Below are positions 33,601-46,900 of a stretch of DNA of 64,000 nt, in pieces. Both the position numbers and the translations under genes were made by a program. The notes beneath the pieces were generated by a model. The model did no database searches and was not told the origin of the DNA. It saw nothing but the letters and a program-made list of their open reading frames with translations. Origin of the DNA: Camelus dromedarius (lineage: Eukaryota); contig NC_087462.1 of assembly GCF_036321535.1 (NCBI RefSeq), positions 9,610,001 to 9,674,000 of the forward strand, in the 5' to 3' direction. Numbering within the stretch: the stretch's first letter is position 1; each line of letters opens with the position of its first letter.

Positions 33601-36600
33601 GTGAGGCAGTGAGCTCACGTCCAAGGTCAGTCCCAAGCAGGAAGGTTCAGGCCCTTGTTCTTCAAATGTCCCCAGCACCTTTCCCCTTGGCCCCTGCTCC
33701 CTCTCTCTTTCCACCCTGGGCCCCAGGCCTTTTGAGGCCCAGGCCAGGGGTAGACAGCCTAGAGTCCCAGCCAGGTACCAAGAGGGTACCCAGAGACAGT
33801 CACAGAGTAAAATGAACACTTGAAGTTAAAAATCAAACATATCTGACTTCTACAGTGAGCCTTGGTTTCCTCATCTGGAAATGGGAGGCCAGAGACCACC
33901 TCCATATGGGATGCACTCATTCTAGAGAAATAAGGAGAGAGGAGGAGAGGAGAGGATGTCAAGACCCAGGCCTCAGCTGGCAGGTCCTAATGGCAGGTTT
34001 AGGAGAGCTGAGGCTCTGGAGGGCCTCTGAGTGCCTGTGTCCCACAGCGCCAGCCTCTGAGCCCAGGCCTCTGCCCACCACCCAGCCCAAGCCCCCAGGA
34101 AGAGGCCCTGCTAAGGCAGAGGGAGCTCAGGCAGAACCAGAACAAAGCTCAGCAGGCAGGCAGTGGGAGGGTCCTGGGCAGCCGGGTGGAAACGGCCAGG
34201 CCTGAGGCAGCCAGGCAGCCAGGCAGAGGCTGGACTCAGAATCCTCTGACCTCAGGGGAGGCCCTAAATCTTCTGCCTCAACTTCCCCAGTTGCAGGGTC
34301 AGGACAGATCCTCTGTCCCTCCAGATGAGGAAACAGTAAGTCCTACCTGTTATCCCACCTAAAGAGCACATGCTTGGCCCAACCACACAGCTCAGCTTGG
34401 CCTTCTTTCAGGGTTTCTGGTTTCTGGTCCAATTTGATCTTAGCCCTTCCTTGCTCCCACACCAGCCATGGCTCACCATCACCCTCAGTCCAGCATTTCA
34501 GGCCCACTCAGCTCTAACTTCTCCCAAGCCTGGGTGGTCTCATCTAACAACACTGCTCCCCAAACCTGAGTGTTTGCTAAAGCAACACTCTGCAAGACAG
34601 CCCTTTGCCTCTTCTACCTGCCAAACCCCTCAAGCTTCAAGGCCTAACTCCCGTGGCCTTCCACCAGGCAGCCCTCTCTGACCCTCAGACAGAGTTCCTT
34701 GCTCCTTCCTGGGAACCCAGATCATCCCTCCCTCTGGCCCAGCCCAGACCCCACAGGCTACGGACATCTGTGTCTCACTGTGTCTCCTTCAAACTGGATG
34801 AAGGCTGGGCTTGGTGCTGGGGTCTCTCCAGGGGGCCAGCCTCAAACCACCCAGGCTCAGCCCTGAGAGGACTTTGCTGAATTAATCTGAAGCTCAGAGA
34901 GAAGCGGTGACTTCACTAGGTCCCACAGCACAGACCTTCTGAAAAGCCTGCCAGCCCCAAACAATGTCCCCCTCCCCATGCCCCACCTCTCCTAGTGCTC
35001 CCTGCCCCCGCTCTCAGGGAGCCTCTGGGACCCCCAGACGACCTAAGCCCCTCCCCTGCCCTCCCTGAAGACCTGGTCAGAGAGCAGGCAGTTATTCTAG
35101 CAGCAAGAATGAGGCCAAAGTCTGATGGCCCAGTTAGCAGTGCAGGAGGGAGTAAGCCAGCTCCCCTCCACACACAGCCACCCCAGACAGGCCCTGACGC
35201 TGGACCTGGGGCCAAACTCCTGCCTCAGGTGCCCAGGGCCCCGCCCAGTGGCCTTGTCAACAAGCACTCCATCAGCAGCTCTCCCTGGAAACATCCTGAC
35301 CCAGACTCAAAGGCACCCTCCTTCCCAACCACACAGTTCCCCTAGCTAAATCCCAAATGGGGCTAGGTCTCTTTCTAGGTGACCCAGAGCAGGCACCAGG
35401 ACCTTTCTAGACCTCAGTTTTGCCTTTCTGGAAAATGGGACTCTCCCTACTGGTTCTGCAGAGCCCACGCAGGTTCATCCGGAATGGGAAGTAGGGGCTT
35501 GTCAATGGAACGAAAGGATGCTCATCAAAGAGTGGTGGGAAAGGGGGCCCTGGGCTGGAAACCCAAGGCCAGCGCCTTCTCCCCCAGACTCAATGCCCCA
35601 GCACCAACCAGAGAAGCTAATAAGGCCACGCCCTGTCAGTGGGGACTCCAACCTAGGACAGCCCAGGGCTCTTTCTTGGAAACATTCACCCCCACCCTGC
35701 CTCACAGCCGACGAAAGTTTCAGGGATTTTCCAGGAGCCCAGGTCCGCACCCACTCCTGGCTGGGAGGAGGGGTGGAGCTGCCAAGATGCGGTCCCATCC
35801 AGCCACCCTCCCGGACCTCGAGCAGCAGTTTCCGGTGACCCAAGGCCCAGCTTGAGCTCAGGAGGGGTTCCCCCCATGGGCAGGCCCAACTACTCCCACA
35901 GCAGGGGCACCCATGAGAAGGCCGCCGTGTGCCACCCCAGTTTCGCTCCCGCGGCCGCCTCAGTGGCCAGAGCGACTTTGGAAGTGATATTTGACCCCAA
36001 GGGCGCGCCGTATCGATCCGCGCGGCCGCAGACAATGGCCCCTGGACGCCGTGAGCTCCACAGTCCAAGTTCCACGTTCGATTCCCGCGGGGTCCCCCGC
36101 ACGCCGAGATTCCGAAGAGAAGGAATGCCCTGGAGTTAGGGTCCCACCCTTGACAGAACCCCGACCTCTCCCTCCGCGGAGTTGACCCCTCTCCAGGGAA
36201 AAGGGAGGGAGGAGAAGCAAGTAACTGGGACGGAAGCCACAAGGGACCACCTGATGGGGGGGACCTGCATCGATACAGCGCCGACTGTATACACAATCCA
36301 GGAATGGAATGCAATGGAAAGGGGGAAGAGGGGGCTGTGCCCCTATCTCAGAGGGGGAGTAGAGACCCGGGGGAGTAGAGACCCAGGGAAGGTCAGCGCC
36401 AGGCCCAAGGTGACCGAGGCGGTCAGAGGCCCGGCCCAGGCCGGGGCCGGATGCCCGGCGGCCCTGAGCTGATAGGGGGCTCACCGGCAGGTGTAGCTGA
36501 GGTTGCGGCGGATGCTCCGCTTGAAGAAGCTCTTGCAGCCTTCGCAGGTGAAGACGCCGTAGTGCTTGCCGCTCGACTTGTCCCCGCACACCACGCAGTC

Positions 36601-36768
36601 CACCTGCAGCCCCGGCCGCTCCTCGTCGCCAGGCTCAGCGTCGCTGGCGGCGCCGGGTGGTGAGGCCGAGTCTTCTTCCGCGGCACGCGGGTAGCCGCCT
36701 GCCTTGTCCACGCCGTTCGTGTCGCCGCCGCCGCCAGAGCCGCCCCAGCCGCCGGTCACCATGGCCAT
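27672..36768 (-). CDS. NR2F6: Nuclear receptor subfamily 2 group F member 6 (EAR-2); partly in gaps
   Basis: Exon 1 36768-36485 ([48 protein letters not shown]). Exon 2 not visible, probably in gap 32786-32917. Exon 3 29869-29285 ([23 protein letters not shown] gap 29438-29665). Exon 4 27946-27672 ([31 protein letters not shown]). Confidence 0.96.
31230..31860. mobile_element. L2/MIR fragments in NR2F6 intron 2
   Basis: ttcgcacttgctgttc (L2), ctgcctgggttcaaattccc..ctcagtttccccaactataaaatg (MIR), antisense L2 (atttattaaggccc..gaggaggtgttgtttgagc). Confidence 0.65.
32786..32917. other. Assembly gap; others at 5185-5339, 29438-29665, 36870-37017, 37348-37519, 45906-46039, 60998-61131
   Basis: N runs; four of seven fall in or next to NR2F6. 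Confidence 0.99.
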
Positions 36769-37800
36769 AGCCCCAGGGCAGCGGGGCCGGGGCGCCCCCT
36801 CCGTGCTCTTCCCTCGGGGCACCCCTCTCGGCCCGGGGGACCCTACCCGGCGCGCATCAGGCCCCGGTGNNNNNNNNNNNNNNNNNNNNNNNNNNNNNNN
36901 NNNNNNNNNNNNNNNNNNNNNNNNNNNNNNNNNNNNNNNNNNNNNNNNNNNNNNNNNNNNNNNNNNNNNNNNNNNNNNNNNNNNNNNNNNNNNNNNNNNN
37001 NNNNNNNNNNNNNNNNNCTAGAGGTGCGGGCCGGGGGCCCTGGGGACTCGCGTCCCGCCGCCCTGGGGCCCCGGCGGGGGAGCATGGGCCATGGCCCGGC
37101 CCAGGCTGCGCTAGGGGCGCCCTCTGGCCTGGCCGCCGCTCCGCCGAGGGCTGCGGCCAACTTAGCGGGTTGCCATCCGAGCGCGGGAGGCCGGGGGGAA
37201 AGTTTGGCCGCAAGTTGCGCGGCCGCCCGCGGCGGGGGGGAGGGGCAGCGGGCGCGCGCCGGGGCTGGTCACCGCGCCCCCCGAGTCCCCCGGGCCCCCG
37301 GCGGCCGCTCCGGCCTGGGCCTGCGCCTGGGCCCGAGCCTCGTTCTCNNNNNNNNNNNNNNNNNNNNNNNNNNNNNNNNNNNNNNNNNNNNNNNNNNNNN
37401 NNNNNNNNNNNNNNNNNNNNNNNNNNNNNNNNNNNNNNNNNNNNNNNNNNNNNNNNNNNNNNNNNNNNNNNNNNNNNNNNNNNNNNNNNNNNNNNNNNNN
37501 NNNNNNNNNNNNNNNNNNNGTGCGCGGCGCCCGGCGCCCGGGCCGGCGGGAGGGGCGAGGGCGGAGCGCGGGGCCGCTAGCCCTGACCCTCCCTCTTTCC
37601 CCTCCCCCTTCCCCCACCCTCCCACCCCCGCCCTCGGCCCGCTCCAGCCTTAACCCCTGCCGGGCCGCGGCGGGAGCCTGGGCCACTGCTGCCCTCTGCC
37701 CTTCCGCAGCCTCGCCAAGATGTCTCTCTAAGGCCCTCCCCTCCACCTCCGGCCTTGGACGTTGTGTCGTTCAACCGCCCTCGAGGCGCCCCTCGGCACC
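36420..37800. promoter_or_regulatory. NR2F6 CpG island, 5' UTR and promoter (two N gaps)
   Basis: Very GC/CpG-rich sequence around and upstream of the ATG at 36768. Confidence 0.75.
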
Positions 37801-37866
37801 ACCCCTTGCATTCCCGGCAGAAGCAATAATGGGGGGCCAGTTGCAACGGGGGGCACGCCCCTGCGC

Positions 37867-37867
<1 letters not shown>

Positions 37868-37909
<42 letters not shown>
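37868..37909 (+). repeat. (AC)n microsatellite upstream of NR2F6
   Basis: About 18 perfect AC units followed by gcacac. Confidence 0.95.
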
Positions 37910-40900
37910 CCTGGGGCATTTCTTTGCACAGTTGCATGATGGATTGTGTTTGCTTCCTCTTCCAGAAAGTCGCTGCGTCCGACCCCCACCCCACCTATTC
38001 TCTGCTTAGGCTAACACCTGGTGCTCGGAATCTCCGGGGGGAAGGGATGTTGTGGTCTGTGGCCGGCGGGGGCGCGAGGTCAGGGGGCCCCTCGCCAGAA
38101 TTTCAGGCCTCTGGGGGCAGGGCGCCCACCCGCCCAGCCAGGCTGGAGGCGACAGGAATGCCCACCACCCCTGCTGGGGCCTGCCCCCATTCCCCTTTAA
38201 TTTCCTTTTCTTTCTGTGCTTTACAGAAAGGGCTTGGCCTGGCGGCCGTCCGGACTACAGATGTCTCTTCCAGGCTCCCCCAGAGACTCCCAGCTGCCAA
38301 GTCACCCCCAAGACCCTGGGCCTCACCCCCAAGAGCCTGGGCAGGGGCGGCCAGTGTTTATTAAGCACCCTTTGCATGCCCCCTAGCCGCCCTGAGCAAG
38401 GAAACCTTAGCCTCTGTTTCTGAGCCTGTTAACTTTTAACCCGCTGGAAAAGCCCTTCCTGCAGTGACCTTTCACCTTGGAGTCCTGCAGGGCCAGGCAC
38501 CCTGCCTTATCTCCCACCCTGCCCTGGGTTAAGCTGGACATGAGGACACGTGCCTGGGCCTTTGAGGGCTGCCTGAAGAGGAGCAGTGCCCTCTGCCCCC
38601 ATGGGCTCCTACACCTTCTTTTCTCAGGGAGCATCCTTGGGAAAAGGCATTCCCTTTCTAGAAGACATCTGAGGGGGAACCCTCCTTGGTGAGGGCAGGA
38701 GATTCTTGGAGATCATGCAGCACTTGAGGATATCAAGGTTCTAGAGAAGCCAGTCAATGCACGCCCAGCCCTGGGGCCTCTGGCTCTCGCAGGGAAGGTC
38801 TGGCTGGGTATGAAGTAGGGGAGGTTTTAGCAAGTATGGAAAGCAAGAAGGACTAGGGTTAGACATAAGCACGGGCTTTCCATGGGTCTGACTATAGTTC
38901 TCTGGCCTGTAAGCCACTCTGGGGGGAAAGGGCCTGGATGGTTAGAGAGAGCCCTTTGTTTCTGGGGCTGCCTGGGAATATGGGGGCGTTAGCTGGATAT
39001 TTAGGGTGAGGACAGGAGCCATAGGTCTCTGGTCTGGACTTTCCAGGATCCTTGGTTGGGGGATTTGGGGGGGGGGGGTCTCAGAGAAGAGATGACAGGG
39101 AGACTTGTAGAGGAGAGAAGGCTCGGGGGATGGAGTCAGAGGGAGGCTGGAGAAGGAAGAGGGCAGGGAACTGAGGTTTGAGGGACACAAGTCTGAGGGA
39201 GGAGGGCTCCTAAACAGTGATCTGGGGAGAAGGTCTGCCGTAGATTCCAGAACCTTGGATTGATCCAACCCCTCAGCGGCCGCCCCGCCCCCTCCCAGTA
39301 ACTCCACCGTCGCCGCATCCCCTGGGGCCCTGGTGGGGCGGTCGAGGTCCGGCCCCGCCCTCCTGACCCCTGCCCGCGGCCCCGAGGTGACTTTTGACCT
39401 TGCAGCGGCCGCGGACCGGGGACAAAGAGGCCTGGGCCCATCTGCCGCGGGAGCACCCGTGGGAACCGCAAGACCCAGCTCCCGGCGGCCTGGGAACCGG
39501 CGCCCGCTCCCCAACAGCGGCCTCAGCTCCCGCCCCCACCTCCAGCGCGAACTCCTTCTCCACCTTCCAACAGGTGACCTTGTCTCCTCTTGGGCCCCCG
39601 CCTCCTCCACGGGGAGCCTGAGGGGACTCGCGGCTAAGGTCACTCTTGGATCCCTGGGGCAGAAGAGGGACCAAAGGTGGGCAAAGTCGGCTCTTCTGCT
39701 CCACCCCGGGCGACCTTGCCCGCCTGACTTTTCCTGCTTTCTTCAAAGCCAGCCTCGGTGCTGTTCGAAGGTCACCAGCCCCAGCGCTTCCCGAGGCGTC
39801 TATGGGTCAGGAGGACCAGGCTGACTCTGGGCGGCTGACTAGCGCCGACCTCAGGCCAGCCTTGCCCTCCGCTGCGAGAGGCAGCAGCGCCACACACACC
39901 TGCACAGGTGCCGCCTGGAAACACCACCACCGCCGCCGCCACCAGGCTGGGAATGAAAATCTTTTCTAATCCCCGTCTTGGGTTTCAGCTACCGCCCAGG
40001 AGGGGACAGCTGGCCACTAATCCGGGGTGACTGGATCGTGCCCAGCCCCCCTTTCCAACCCTGCCAGACCCGAGTGGAAGGGTGAGGGGTGTGGCATATG
40101 CAAATGACATGCTAATCAGCTGCCTGCTGTTAATCTGATATTAACACCTCCCATAGCTCCCATCTCTGGCAGGTGAAAGCAAATTCTCAGCCTAGCCAGG
40201 GGCCATCCAGGCCCTCGAGGGCCGCAGCGTGCCTCCTTGCCCACCATTAGCACCTCTCTGAGTTCCTGCTTGTTGGGTTTTTTTCCCTTTGCTATGATCG
40301 CCACCCAGGAGCCCTTTATCTTAAGTCCACATTCTTAGAATGCAAGTTCCAAAGCCACCTCTGATTCCTCCTCCCCCACCTCCACTGAGGGAGTGATGCT
40401 CTTCCAGCTAATGTTCCACACCCTGAACCGTTCAGGCCTCAGTCTTCCTTCTGGGTAATGGGTATCTTCCTCTTGGGAGCATCTGCCATGCCAAACCCAG
40501 CATCTCCCTGGGAAGGTGCTGGGCAGGGAAGATGTGCCCTACCCCAGAGGACTCTGCCCTGGGCTTCTGAAGACAGATGAGGGCTGGAATTTCAGCTCTG
40601 GCTAGTCACCTCACTGAACCCTGAATTCCCCCAGCCAGCCCTGGGGATCCTGTCCCCACAGCCCAAGCACTTCCAGCATGACCCTGCTGACATGTCTTCA
40701 CATGCCACATGGTGTCAGGCCAAAGATACCAAGTCTTTCTCAAATGCCTGGCTAGCCCCCATCAGGCCCCAGACACCCAGGCACACCAGCCCCCATCACA
40801 CTGAACACATCTCAACATGCAAAGTCACGCCATATAACATAACATTACTCCAGGACAGTTTATGACATGACCTGCCAGAGCTATCTGGCATGTCCAGACA

Positions 40901-40915
40901 CGGCCAGAGCAGGGC

Positions 40916-43900
40916 CTACAGAAAGGTCTCCCCTGGCCGGGGAGGTCGGCAGGGCAGTCTGGGCCTCCCCAGGGCCCTTGCTGTGGCTTCTAGCACTGCC
41001 AGCTCCTCTGCCTGTCGGGCTTCCATTAGTGCCACCTGCTGCTCCATCTTCCGCCGTTGCTCTTCCTGCTTCCGGTGGGCACCTCGGAATGCCATGACCA
41101 GGGCACTGGGTGGGTAAGAGGTTGAGCCAGAAAATAGCCACCCCCCATTCTGCCCAAGACAGGGCCTATGTACTCCCAGTCCCAGATGGGAGCTCTTTGA
41201 GATTGGGTTTTCCTGGGATCCCAGCATCACTCAGCAGGGGCTGATACACATCAGGCAACAGGGGAGGTGTGAAATGGATTGAACCTGTCACACACAGGGG
41301 CTCAGAGAGAGCCAGAGATTCTTCTGAGGTTACATGGGGACCCACCTGTGAGCTCTGCATAAATCACTGTTCAGTTCAGTACTCTGAGCACGTCTGGCTC
41401 GCCCCTTCTGAGCCACCTCTTCTAGTTCTTCCCGCAGAGACTGCAGCTGCTCCCGCAGGCTCAGAGCCCTGGTACAGGGATGGAGAGGGGCTCACAGGCA
41501 GAGCAAATCCTGTCTTCATTCCCTCCTCTCACCCACCTGCCCAAGATGCTCCTATGTGAACGCAACTGTACACAAGTGTACACCCAGCCCTCCACTGTAT
41601 AAAACACACCCGCAGGCTCTCACCTATTCCCCTTACCCAGGCTGCATATCTCCCAGCCCAGGACTCTGACACATACCGGGTGAGTGACGCTGATAGTTCC
41701 TGGGCCAGGTCCCCTGGGTCCTGCACTTTTCCCCCTTGGCTTCCATCAGTACCCCTGCTGCCACCAGGGACAGCAGGAGGGCCCTGTGGGAGGCAGAAGG
41801 GATGGTAGTGACATTGATCTAGGTTGTGTGTGTGCTCAGCCCAAGCTGGACATTGAAATCACCTGGACTGTAGTAGCCACAGCCCCTGCCCTCACAGAGC
41901 TGCCAGTCTGGTGAGATACCCCAATAGGGGTACAATTACTCCCTAAAAAGGAAAGTAAATAATAGAGGATCTCATTTTAAGGCAGTCCAGGAGGACTTCC
42001 CAGAAGAGGTGACATCTGAGCTTCGACCTACAGGATGTCAAGGACTTAGGTAGAAGAGATGATTCAAAATAGGGTTCCAGAAGCTGCTAAGGCTTTAAGC
42101 TGAGTATAGATATTATTAGACACTAAGTGGCAAAAAGGAGAGCCTCAGGGAGGAAGCTGGAGCCAAAATTTGGGAAGAGATGAAGTGTGGATGAATGCTG
42201 TTGAAGGGAGAGAGGGGAGTATGAATAAGCCTGGGGGTGGGAAGAAGGAGGCACAGGTTTGAGTGGAAGACATGAAATCCCTTGGGACTTACTGGGCTCA
42301 ATCCCCTCAAGGAAGAAAAGCCCAAAGTACAGGCGTGAACTCTGACAAGCAACTTAAACATTCAACTCTGTTCTTTGTGCAAAAAAAAATGGAAACTGAG
42401 GCTCCAGGGAGGCTATGATTAACCAGGACCACATCACCAGTAGTATACTGCTATCCCTACCAGATCCAGGCAGAGCCACTCACCTGGGACCACTCCTCCT
42501 CGTCCCCACTGCTCCCACCTCCACTGCTGTCTCCGCCACTGCTGTTGGCCCCACCAGTCTGGAGCTGTGCCTTCTCCCACTGCAGCTGCTCCAGCAGGAG
42601 CACATGGGCTGGACCCTGGGCTCGGAGGGCAGCCTCCCGCAGCTCCAGAGCCCGCTTTTCTCGCCGCACCAGCTGTAGCCGCAGCATCAGGTCTGCCAGG
42701 GTCTCCTGAGAGATTAAGAAGCGGGCAGAGAATTTGTGCCTCTCGGGTCAACTGCTGGGGAAACTGAGGCTCTAGGAAGCACCCCCAGAGGGCTGGTCAG
42801 GCAAGAATGCAAACCCTCACTATGATCTAGCTTGATGGGAAATACTCTCTCATAAAAACAACAACTGTAGAAATGGCAGTTCAGAGAGAGCAAGTATCTT
42901 AGACAAGGTCAAGTAGCAGCTCAGGGGGAGTGTCTGGAGTTTCTCCAAATTCAGAACCTCAGCTCTTTCATGCCAGGCTACATACCCTAGATTATGGCCC
43001 TGCCCCTATCTCTTTTCCATAGGAGAGGCATTTTGGAAAGCCAGATTTGGAGTCTTACAAGAAACTGAATTCCAGAGGACAAATTCCTATTCATCCCTCA
43101 GAACCATGGCTCCCATTTGCCTCCCTTCAGGAAGCTTGCCTGCAGACAAGCAAAACTCTCCCTTACACTTGGTCCTGCAATCACATCTCTCTCAGACTCA
43201 ACAAATGGCTTGGTCCCACCAGGAAAGACTGGCACATTGACCACAGCCCATGTGTACCCGTGTGGCCGCCAGGTCCTGCTGGATCTGCATCTTCTCCAGC
43301 CGGGGCAGGGCTGGGCCAGGCTGGGTCCCCAGAATGGCCTGCACCATGGCTTCCGCATGGGGCACAGTGGATATAGGTGCCAATGGGGGACCAGGCTCTG
43401 GGGTAATCTTCACTAGAGCACGGCGCTCCTGGAGACGCTGGACATAGCCCTGGAGCTGGGCAGCTACCTCCTGTGGTGTGGGCCTATCCACGCTGCTGCC
43501 CTCGGGGCTATGGGAAACAGAAGAGGGGCCTATGTCAACACGGGCAGGCCTGGTTGTGCTACCTCCATGCCAGACCTGGTGGGCTCCATCCTCTTCTGTC
43601 TTATTGACCATGATGCGTCCTTCCTATGCCATCTATGGTGGGCACAGTCAAAACAACATGGGGGGCACCATAATGTAAACCCTAATGGGCAACATCACCC
43701 AAAAGTGATGAATAATGCCAATGCACACCATCACTTATGCCATCATGGTGGGTGCCATCACGCCAACCCAATGGGCACCATCACTCAACTTGCCAACACT
43801 GTTAGGCAGCATCATGCCAACCCCCTTAATCAGTGGGCACCATTGTCCATCTTCATGCCAACCCTGCTGGATCTTACACCAAGCCCAATGGCTGTCACCA

Positions 43901-46900
43901 CCATGCCAATTTTGTTGAGTAGCAACCAGCCAACACCAGCAGGCCTCATGCCAACTACAGGAGCCATGCCAACCCCTAACATGGGACCAGTTCTGAGAGC
44001 CCAATCTCCAATCAGAGCCCCACTCACTGGCCCTCCCAGTTCCCAGGGTTCCCAGGGGTACCTTGGATGTGGATCCTGCAGTGTCCCTCCGTCCATGGCA
44101 GCCTTCTCTTGCACTAGCAGCCTCTGAGCTTCCTTCTCAGCCACCTCCAAGTCACCCATGAAGGCATCTTCTCCTGCTCTTGAGTCTGCCTCCCGCAGAG
44201 TGAGGAGGGCCCCATATGCCTCCTCACAGTGTTCACTGTGGGACAGCAGTCCTGAGCACTCCAGGACACCCATCTTGCTGGGGAGGTGACATCCCCACTT
44301 GTTCCAGGGCCCCTCACTTCTCCCCTCACCTCCACCACAGGGTGTTTGTAAACTCCTTCAGTGCTTTTCGACTAAAATTGCTTTAAGTCAGTTTCCATGG
44401 TGAGGGAAAGCACTTTCCTGCAAGGGCCCTGTCTCCCTCTGCAGACTGGGGCCATCCTCTGAGGATGCTTCCCAGTCAGTGATATTATCATGGGCGAAGT
44501 GCACTGACCTATACTGCAAGGCCAGACGCAGAGCAGTGGCCTCAGCCTCCCGCTGGCCCAGCTGCATGCTGAGGCCCTCACATCGGCCCTTGTATTCCTG
44601 GAGCACAGCCGACAGCAGACGGTTGAAGCATTTGAGCTTCTCAATGTTCCTGCCTCCGGAGGTGGGAAAGAGGGAGTGTGCGAGGCCTTGAAGGGCAGTT
44701 AGGACTCAATTGATTTCCACCCTCCCCCACCCCCAACCCACTCCAGTTCCAGACTCCTGCCTTTCTATCCCAGCTGGGAGGCACCAGTGCCCTTATGAGC
44801 TCAGCATTTGTGGCTCTTACCCCCGGAGCTGCCCCATCTGGGTTTCTATGATGTGCATCTCAGGAGCAAGGGGCTGGGTGGGGAGAGGCCCGAGTATCTG
44901 GGTGCTGGAATCACTCTGGAGGCGCCGGAGTAGGGGGTGAGCCAGGGAGAAGGGATCCTGCCAGAAGGAGGCGAACTGATTCACCCAGATTGTCACTGAG
45001 AGCCCAGCATCATGGGTGTAGGCCTTTTCTGACCCAGAAGCTATTGGATCACATGATCAGTGATTTGAGTCTTACTTCCCCAAACCGTAAGGATCTTAAG
45101 ATCAGGGTTTTTAGCTTTCCACACTCACCTGAGTGCCCCAGGTCTCTCCGTCCACCCCAGAGCTGCTGGAACCACTGCCTGAGCCGCGTGCTTGGTCACA
45201 GGAGGGAGAAGGGAAGGGCTCCAGCCTCATCAGGGAATCCTGAAGCTCCTGGACCTGTGGGGGAATATGGGGTCTAGGGGCTCCAACCATCTTTCCCTAG
45301 GACTTATCCTGGGGCAGTGGCAAGAGCCTCAGCTTGAAGGCTGGACCCTGAGATATGCATCCTGCCAAATCCCTCACCATACAACCTTGGGCAAGTCACT
45401 CAGCCACTCAGAGATTTCTCTTTCCTTAAACATACAGATGGCCAACAGGTACATGAAAAGATGCTCAACATCACTAGTCATCAGGGAAACATAACTCAAA
45501 ACCACAATGAGATACTACCTTACATCACTTAGAATGGTCAGCATCCAAAAGACAAGAGGTAACAAGTGTTATTGAGGGTGTGGAGAAAAGTGAACCCTCG
45601 TGCACTGTTGGTGGGATTGTAAATGGGTGCAGACACTACGGAAAGCAGTATGGTGGTTTCTCAAAAAATGAGAAAGAGAACTACCATAAGATCCAGCAAT
45701 TCCATTTCTGGAACCACTGCCTGAGCAGTGTGCCTGGTCACAGGAGGGAGCAGGGAAGGGCTCTAGCTTCATCAGGGAATCCCAAAGATTCCATTTATCT
45801 GAAGGAAACCAAAATACTAACTTGAAAAGACTTCTGCACTGCCACGTTCATTGCAGCAGTATTTACAATAGCCAAGACATGGAAGCAACCAAGTGTCCCT
45901 TGATGNNNNNNNNNNNNNNNNNNNNNNNNNNNNNNNNNNNNNNNNNNNNNNNNNNNNNNNNNNNNNNNNNNNNNNNNNNNNNNNNNNNNNNNNNNNNNNN
46001 NNNNNNNNNNNNNNNNNNNNNNNNNNNNNNNNNNNNNNNCTATGCTAAGTGAAATAAATCAGCCAGATAAAGACAAATACTATATAGTATCACTTATATA
46101 TAGAGTCTAAAATAAAACAAAATTTAAAAATTGAACTCACAGATACAGGGAACAGATTGGTGGTTGCCAGAGGCATGGGGTATTGGATGTGTTTAAAAAA
46201 AAAAAGACTTAATCTTTCCCGGCCAGGAAATGGGCCCCAATCCTTGTGCTGGGCTCCTATAGCCCCAAGTCTCACCACTTGTGTCCTTCTCACCCTGACA
46301 TCCCTGAGCTCTGGACTTAGACATAGAACTGTCCCTTTAGTGGCCCCAATGTGGATGGCTCAGGGCATCTCGAGCTCATCAGGGTCCAAAGAGCTCTGGT
46401 TTCCCCTTCACCAAACATGCCCCTCCCGCAGCTTCCCGATATCTTTCTCCTGGTCTCCCAGGTTCCCAACTCATCTTCAGCCCCCCTCTAGTTTCCACAC
46501 CCACACCTGCCAGCTCTACCTTCAACATCACCCAGAATCTGCCCACTTCTCTCTACCTCCACAACTTTCACTACTACATCTCTGGACCAGTGCCTCCACC
46601 CTCTTCCTCCACTAGCTGTTCCTTTCATAGCCACCAGAGGGCGCTTGCATCAAGTCTGTACCCTTGCTTGCTCAGAACCCTCTGTGGCTCCCACTTCACT
46701 CAGTGCAAAAGCTCAAATCCTCCCTGCGGCCACAAGGCCCTGCCACCTCCATAACCATGTCTCCTCCCACTCAGCTCCACACTGGCCTCCCCACTCTTCT
46801 CTTAACACACCAATCACACTCGAACCTCAGATTCATTACACATGCTGTTCCCTTTCCCTGGAACTTTCTTCCTGCAGATCCTTGCATGGCTCCTCCCTTG

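Noticed and set aside
33795-33850. AT-rich patch with FOX/HNF1-like words in NR2F6 intron 1
   Set aside because: Matches are imperfect and expected by chance without conservation data.
36843-37994. Many long Gly/Ala/Pro/Arg-rich ORFs
   Set aside because: CpG-island composition plus N gaps suppress stop codons.
39900-40915. USHBP1 poly(A) signal
   Set aside because: No AATAAA or ATTAAA found on the minus strand within 1 kb of the stop, so none is called.
45569-45772. [24 protein letters not shown].. as an alternative USHBP1 exon
   Set aside because: No AG acceptor at its 5' side and it runs into antisense L1; treated as an inserted fragment (see findings).
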